49,316 nt of DNA from Deltaproteobacteria bacterium (GTDB lineage Bacteria > Desulfobacterota > B13-G15 > RBG-16-54-18): NCBI GenBank assembly GCA_030672385.1, contig DAOVGN010000066.1, forward strand, positions 1-49,316, written 5' to 3'. Below are positions 45,301 through 49,316 of the stretch, piece after piece. Under the pieces are notes generated by a model, which had not been told where the DNA came from, did no database searches, and saw only the letters and a program-made list of their open reading frames with translations. Both the position numbers and the translations under genes were made by a program. Numbering within the stretch: the stretch's first letter is position 1; each line of letters begins with the position of its first letter.

Positions 45301-46731
45301 GTCATATTGGGGATTGAAGGCCCCTTTTTCGTCGAATACAGCGGTACAGCGCTTGAATTCTATACCCGATAGTTTTCCATCCTTTTTAAGAAAACGTTTG
45401 GGCCCAAGGCTATTGACGATTGTTATTCCCTCTTCAAGGGCCTCTTCAATCTCATAATCCCAGGCCGGCATCTCATCTCTTTTCTCGAGGCATACTAAAA
45501 TTAGCTCCTTAGCCCCTACACGCTTGGCCGTGAGGGCCACATCAATGGCCACATTACCACCACCGATAATAACTGTCTTTTCCCCAACGCTGACCTGATT
45601 CCTAAGGGCCACATCCCTCAAGAAATCAATTCCCTTGATCACTTCAGGAAGGTCTTCTCCTTCCACACGCAACATCAGACTCAGATGGAGACCGGTTGCT
45701 AAAAACAGGGCCTTATAGCCATCCTTTTTAAGGTTATCAAGGGTTATATCTTCACCAAAAGTAACCCCTGTCTTTATCTCAACACCCATATCCTGAATGA
45801 CCTTGACCTCAGCAGCGATTATTTCTCTTGGCAGACGATACTCTGGAATCCCAACGGCCATCATACCGCCTATAACGGAAAGCTTTTCAAATACCGTTAC
45901 CTGGTAACCCTCTTTTACCAAACAATAGGCTGCTGCCAAACCAGCAGGTCCTGAACCGATAATGGCCACTTTCTCTTCTCTTTTATCCTCCACCTCCGGA
46001 ACATACGGGGTCTCACTTGATAGGTCCATATCAGCCAGGAACCAGTGGAGATACTGTATAGAAAGGGGCTCATCCAGATCGCTCCGGGTACAGATCTCCT
46101 CACATGGATGATGGCAGATCCGACCGCATATACCAGGGAAAGGATGTTCCTCTTTAAAGACTTCCAGGGCCTCTCGATATTTGCCCTGGTTTATCAATGC
46201 GATAAAGCCCTGAATGCTTACATGGGCAGGACAGGTGGCCTTACATGGGGCCGTGCCTCTCTTTTCAATTGCAAAGGCACCGGGCATGGCTTGAGGATAG
46301 AGCTTATAAGCAGCTTTTCGATCGCATAACCCCTGATCAAATAGGGAGGGTATGCTAATAGGGCATACCTTTTCGCACTCACCGCAGGCCGTACACTTTG
46401 CCATATCAATATAGCGAGGATGTTCTAAGAGTTTTACCTGGAAATTCCCAGGCTCACCAGTGATATCCATTACATCAGTTAAGGGTAGTATCTCGATATT
46501 CAGATGTCGGCCACATTCCACCAGTTTTGGACCCATAATGCACATAGAGCAATCATTTGTTGGAAATGTCTTATCTAACTGTGCCATCCTGCCGCCAATA
46601 GCGGAATTTTTTTCAACCAGGTATACATAAAAGCCAGAATCTGCGAGGTCAAGGGCAGCCTGCATCCCACCGATACCACCACCTACGACCATCACTGCCC
46701 CAATCTTATCTTTTGCGATCTCTTCTTCCAT
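42307..46731 (-). CDS. hdrL: giant HdrA-like flavoprotein (HdrL type): two HdrA modules with an inserted NfnB/GltD-like NAD(P)H oxidoreductase module
   Basis: 1474 aa.
- Module 1: VVGGGIGGMQAALDLA...FPTNDCSMC...CTACGECEKVCP.
- GltD/NfnB-like part: CKATCPAH...CGRICHHPCEEICTR, IIGSGPAGLAAAYCL, IIGGGNVAIDVA, FAGGDA.
- HdrA core: IQCVGSRN...YCSGVCC.
- Module 2: VVGGGVAGMTAALGLA, IQCVGSRE...YCSKVCC.
- C-terminal 2x[4Fe-4S] ferredoxin: CAICLTCIRVCP...CQGCGICASMCP. Confidence 0.85.
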   Translation of the reverse strand: MEEEIAKDKIGAVMVVGGGIGGMQAALDLADSGFYVYLVEKNSAIGGRMAQLDKTFPTNDCSMCIMGPKLVECGRHLNIEILPLTDVMDITGEPGNFQVKLLEHPRYIDMAKCTACGECEKVCPISIPSLFDQGLCDRKAAYKLYPQAMPGAFAIEKRGTAPCKATCPAHVSIQGFIALINQGKYREALEVFKEEHPFPGICGRICHHPCEEICTRSDLDEPLSIQYLHWFLADMDLSSETPYVPEVEDKREEKVAIIGSGPAGLAAAYCLVKEGYQVTVFEKLSVIGGMMAVGIPEYRLPREIIAAEVKVIQDMGVEIKTGVTFGEDITLDNLKKDGYKALFLATGLHLSLMLRVEGEDLPEVIKGIDFLRDVALRNQVSVGEKTVIIGGGNVAIDVALTAKRVGAKELILVCLEKRDEMPAWDYEIEEALEEGITIVNSLGPKRFLKKDGKLSGIEFKRCTAVFDEKGAFNPQYDETDLSSMDADTVIVAIGQGADLSFAEKEGISFKRGLEADPVTFQTEIEWVFAGGDAFYGPKSVVEAVACGKEAAESIQRYLNGMDLKEGREQDWSYEKPDIEGEPHLPRTPMRKISLEEREGSFKEIALGFTEGEARAEVQRCLKCGICSECYQCISACLAGAIDHTMIPQEHTIDVGSIILAPGFTPFDPGHHDTYGYSENPNILTSLEFERILSASGPFEGHLVRPADHKEPKKIAWIQCVGSRNTQVGDKGYCSGVCCTYAIKQAMIAKEHSPEPLDTAIFYIDIRTYGKEFERYYNRAKDEVGIRFIKSKINNVLPGDEPGNLKIRYTDEAGRLVQEDFDIVVLSIGLDISQGSLDLAKKIGIDLDHYNFVDTSSFEPVTTSRQGVYTCGVFEAPKDIPDTVAQASAAAASATSALAEARGTRIKTKEYPPERDVSKEPIRIGVFICHCGINIGGVADVPAIVEYAKTLPHVEYAEANLFTCSEDTQVKMKEVIQEKLLNRIVVASCTPRTHEVLFRETCREAGLNQYLFEMANIRDQCTWVHMGEPEKATEKAKDLVRMAVARAATLEQLYEVPQTICQEALVVGGGVAGMTAALGLAEQGFKTYLIEREDKLGGQALRLHTTWKDEEIQPYLEEMVKKVTENPLIDVHMQTEIKEVHGTIGNFRCKLTDAQGKETEVSYGAAIVANGAESYEPEEYLYGEDPNILLSLDMDQEIMQNADKLKQTNTAVFIQCVGSREPDRPYCSKVCCTHSIHSALTLKKLNPDMDIYILYRDIRTYGEREDLYREARLKGVRFIRYDTEDKPKVEKRDGRLRVTVKDQVIKRPVEIDTDIIILASAIVPRDDNSVFSEFFKVAMNQDGFFMEAHAKLRPVEFASAGMFVCGLAHGPKAIDEAISQAKATVSRACTIISHKEMMVGGAVAEVDPDLCAICLTCIRVCPFGVPQIDYENAVAKIDPGACQGCGICASMCPNDAIQVRHYKDSQIIPKLMAIY

Positions 46732-46742
46732 TGAGGTTCTCC

Positions 46743-47615
46743 CTACTCAGATAAAAATCCCTTTATTGAGGTTATATCCATCTGATTCATTCCCAATCCT
46801 AATGTATCCCTATCAATACCCAAGCTCAATCCAAGAAGCTGTGGATATAAAATAGAGGGGAGATGATGGTTCCCACCCCGTTTGGCGAGGATCATCTTTT
46901 GAACCGTATCAAACTGGATCTGGCAGTATGGACAGGCAGTACAGAGATAATCAGCACCAGATTTCTTCCCGTCCGACAGTTTTTTTTCGGTCAAGTCCAT
47001 CGATAGATCATCATTTATTCCCCACAATGGGGCACCGCAACATTCAAGTTGAGTCGGCCAATAGATACTTTTGGCACCAGTGATCTCAACGAGTTGATCA
47101 AATATAGATGGGGCCACCGGATCATCAAATTGGACTATTTGGCTTGGGCGCAAGACATGGCAGCCATAGTGGGTAGCAATCTTAAGGTCCGAAAAGGTCT
47201 TCTCTATCTTCTCTTTTATAGGCTCAATACCTACATCATGGTAGAGGGCATAAAGAAAATGTTTGACTTCAATATCTCCCTCATATTTCAAACCTTCTCT
47301 GTTCAGAATGGTATTAATCTCTTGCCTTAAGGAAACATCTTCCTTCAAAAGATAAGCTACCTTCTTGAGGCTGCCGTAGCAGCATTTACAGAGAACCATC
47401 ACGTTCAGGTCCTCCCTTTCAGCCAGGGCGAGATTTCTGGCTGAAGAGAGAACAAATGCCTTAAAGTCGAGGTTCCTTAAGGGATATCCGCAGCAATTGA
47501 ATTCCCTTATATCCACCAAACCTACACCGAGTTTTCCTAAAATCGCCCTTGCTGAGGATTCGTATTGTTCAAGACGGGCCGGAATGTTGCAACCGAGAAA
47601 TAGAGCAACCTTCAT
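46743..47615 (-). CDS. hdrB: heterodisulfide reductase subunit B-like (two CCG domains)
   Basis: 290 aa. FLGCNIP...FNCCGYP and a second ECCGAPL...CPYC. 4-nt overlap with the upstream gene. Confidence 0.88.
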   Translation of the reverse strand: MKVALFLGCNIPARLEQYESSARAILGKLGVGLVDIREFNCCGYPLRNLDFKAFVLSSARNLALAEREDLNVMVLCKCCYGSLKKVAYLLKEDVSLRQEINTILNREGLKYEGDIEVKHFLYALYHDVGIEPIKEKIEKTFSDLKIATHYGCHVLRPSQIVQFDDPVAPSIFDQLVEITGAKSIYWPTQLECCGAPLWGINDDLSMDLTEKKLSDGKKSGADYLCTACPYCQIQFDTVQKMILAKRGGNHHLPSILYPQLLGLSLGIDRDTLGLGMNQMDITSIKGFLSE

Positions 47616-49316
47616 AATCTCTCTTCCATCTCCAGTGATGCCTTTTCTCTTACCTGTTTGATTGCTAAATTCTTCAGTTCATAGAGCACATCGGTAATAC
47701 ATACCCCCTGAGGACATTGTTCCTGGCACTGATAACAGGTGAGACAATCCCACAGCATATTTGAACCAAAGGCCAGATCCCTCACTCCCAATGCACAGGC
47801 GTGCATGATCTGGTGGGGCAACAGACCCAGGACCTCCTGAGGGTCTTCGTAATTGGCCACAACAGGACAGGCGTTGGTGCATGTTTGACAGCCAAAGCAA
47901 CCCGAAAAGGTGCTTGCCTGGGCTGATAAGCTTAGCCCGCTTTGAAAATCCCTATCAGCAGGGGTCAGAGGTAAGACCTTATCCGGTTCTTTCATTAACT
48001 CACACTCAGCAACAATAGCCTCTCTGGCCTTCGCTAAGGGTTTCGCATAATCCTTTTGAATTGTTTCCTCCTTCATCAAGCCCCGGTAAAAAGAGAGGGG
48101 TGAGAGAAGAAGAAACTCAGGATAACCCTCTTGCAACAAAGCCTCCTTCACGTTGAACCACAAATCCTGCAGGTTGATACCCACCGGACAGACCACAGTG
48201 CATCGATAGCAATTGGTACAGAGACAAATCCCCTCTTGAATATCCTTAAGCTCTCGCTCACTCAGTCCCCTGCCAGCAGCAAGTGCCTTTATTGAAGCTA
48301 TCTTCTCAGATGGAAGGATGTTCAGATTGGGAATTTGCTCTGAGGCGACAGCAACGGAACATCGGGATGTGCAGGTCCCACAATGGGTGCAGGCATCCAG
48401 CTCCATGACCTGCCTGGTGGCTATATTGGCTGGATCTGAGCTCTCTTTGTCCATAACAGCATTGGCCAACAGGCTCAACGGGCTGGCAACGATATGGAAC
48501 ATTTTACTAAAAGGAAGATAGGCCAAACCCAGCAAGCAGGCTATGAAATGGATATACCAGAGGAGGATAGGTATATTAACCCTGTCCAGTCCCAGGGCTA
48601 TCGGCCTGATGATCCTGGCCACCCCATAGCCGGTAAATGCCCATTGGGGGCGAGAGTGACACTCAACACAACTCATTTCATGGAGTTCCTTGCCCTGCGC
48701 CAGAGTCTGCGCATCAAACGGCCCCTTCAAACTGGGGGACACTACCCCATAGTCATCTACCCAATAGGCCTCCAAAGACCTAAGCTCGCGCTCATCATCC
48801 AGACCGGCATAGTCATCTACCATCTGCTGGTAGATTGAGTGAGATACAATCTTTGTGCCCTCCAGAGTAATTCCAGAAAAAATGATGATGGCCACAAGGA
48901 CAATAGCGTAATAATCCATGGCGTTGGTTAACAGACGAGGCACCCTCAAAATGAAACGCCGATAAACCGCAATAACCAAGCCCAAAATTACCAAGGCACC
49001 AAATAGATCCCTCAAAAACATAAACGGGTTGATGGTCGAAAAATAGTCTGGAAATAGGGCAGAGGTTACGAATCTATCCAAGGCATGCATCAGAAAAAGC
49101 AACACAAACCCACCATATATACAAATGTGCATGAGCCACCTGAGAAAGTCCTCCCTCAATATCCTTACGTTCAAAACAACATCAAGGACAAAGACCTTCA
49201 AAAGGGTAAGGATCTTTGCGCTGAATAAGGTCAATAGGATTCCTTTGAAGGCTGCAAAAACCCTTCCTAAGGCTGTGATCTCTCTGGCATCTATACCGAT
49301 TTTGTATCGAAACCAA
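47612..49316 (-). CDS. membrane-anchored HdrC-like iron-sulfur protein: NarI/DsrM/HdrE-like polytopic domain fused to two 2x[4Fe-4S] HdrC-like modules; possibly 5'-partial
   Basis: The track ORF (TTG start at 49234) is 540 aa. The same frame stays open with no stop to the window end, so the N-terminus may lie outside the window. There are at least five hydrophobic helices with conserved-looking His residues (MHICIYGG...LMHALD, WYIHFIA, FHIV). FeS motifs: CTHCGTCTSRC...CTNCYRCTVVCP and CFGCQTCTNACP...CLTCYQCQEQCP. Confidence 0.75.
   Translation of the reverse strand, partial: WFRYKIGIDAREITALGRVFAAFKGILLTLFSAKILTLLKVFVLDVVLNVRILREDFLRWLMHICIYGGFVLLFLMHALDRFVTSALFPDYFSTINPFMFLRDLFGALVILGLVIAVYRRFILRVPRLLTNAMDYYAIVLVAIIIFSGITLEGTKIVSHSIYQQMVDDYAGLDDERELRSLEAYWVDDYGVVSPSLKGPFDAQTLAQGKELHEMSCVECHSRPQWAFTGYGVARIIRPIALGLDRVNIPILLWYIHFIACLLGLAYLPFSKMFHIVASPLSLLANAVMDKESSDPANIATRQVMELDACTHCGTCTSRCSVAVASEQIPNLNILPSEKIASIKALAAGRGLSERELKDIQEGICLCTNCYRCTVVCPVGINLQDLWFNVKEALLQEGYPEFLLLSPLSFYRGLMKEETIQKDYAKPLAKAREAIVAECELMKEPDKVLPLTPADRDFQSGLSLSAQASTFSGCFGCQTCTNACPVVANYEDPQEVLGLLPHQIMHACALGVRDLAFGSNMLWDCLTCYQCQEQCPQGVCITDVLYELKNLAIKQVREKASLEMEERL

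Noticed and set aside
1-49316. CRISPR arrays, rRNA genes, transposases, integrases, phage genes
   Set aside because: I scanned ORF products and intergenic regions and saw no regularly spaced repeats and no DDE/tyrosine-recombinase-like products. Short or degenerate elements could still have been missed without computational search.

Overview
The window is a gene-dense bacterial chromosomal segment of about 49 kb. The gene content suggests an anaerobe, possibly Desulfobacterota- or Nitrospirota-like, but lineage cannot be fixed from this sequence. It has two parts.

Part 1 (nt 1-33.8k) is visibly G+C-rich and mostly housekeeping:
- a partial BrnT/BrnA toxin-antitoxin pair next to tRNA-Val(CAC)
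- yebC-ruvCAB
- MobA-like and CinA-like genes
- a minus-strand operon: mazG, rsmI, fused membrane/spermidine-synthase, GAF-DHp protein, two Slp lipoproteins
- an orphan AmmeMemoRadiSam radical SAM gene
- a polyprenyl synthase
- an envelope glycosylation cluster (GT-C/GT39, GT2, LAB_N, second GT39), interrupted by a low-GC cassette carrying a SAM methyltransferase and a B12-radical SAM gene
- phoH-pgpH-ybeY, a sirtuin, hemL, a PrpD-like gene, transporters, ampD and rsmE

Part 2 (33.8k to the end) is visibly lower in G+C and mosaic:
- small hypothetical genes, DUF1385, DUF456, a GMP-synthase-like ATP-PPase, a thioesterase and ndk
- a large minus-strand operon encoding a heterodisulfide-reductase-linked methylene-THF reductase. 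Gene order is: NarI-like membrane domain fused to two HdrC-like modules, HdrB, a giant 1474-aa HdrL-type HdrA/NfnB fusion, MvhD, MetV, MetF.

Main observations:
1. The Hdr-MetVF complex appears membrane-anchored.
2. mvhD is split in the ORF track by an in-frame TGA that aligns with a conserved Cys, so it is very likely selenocysteine.
3. A 108-nt nested palindromic element lies between hdrL and mvhD.
4. There are several gene-decay or recoding signatures:
   - a REC/HATPase chimeric remnant
   - a compensated double frameshift in ndk
   - a T7-tract frameshift at the methyltransferase 5' end
   - a MinD/ParA remnant

No CRISPR array, rRNA gene, transposase or integrase was recognised.
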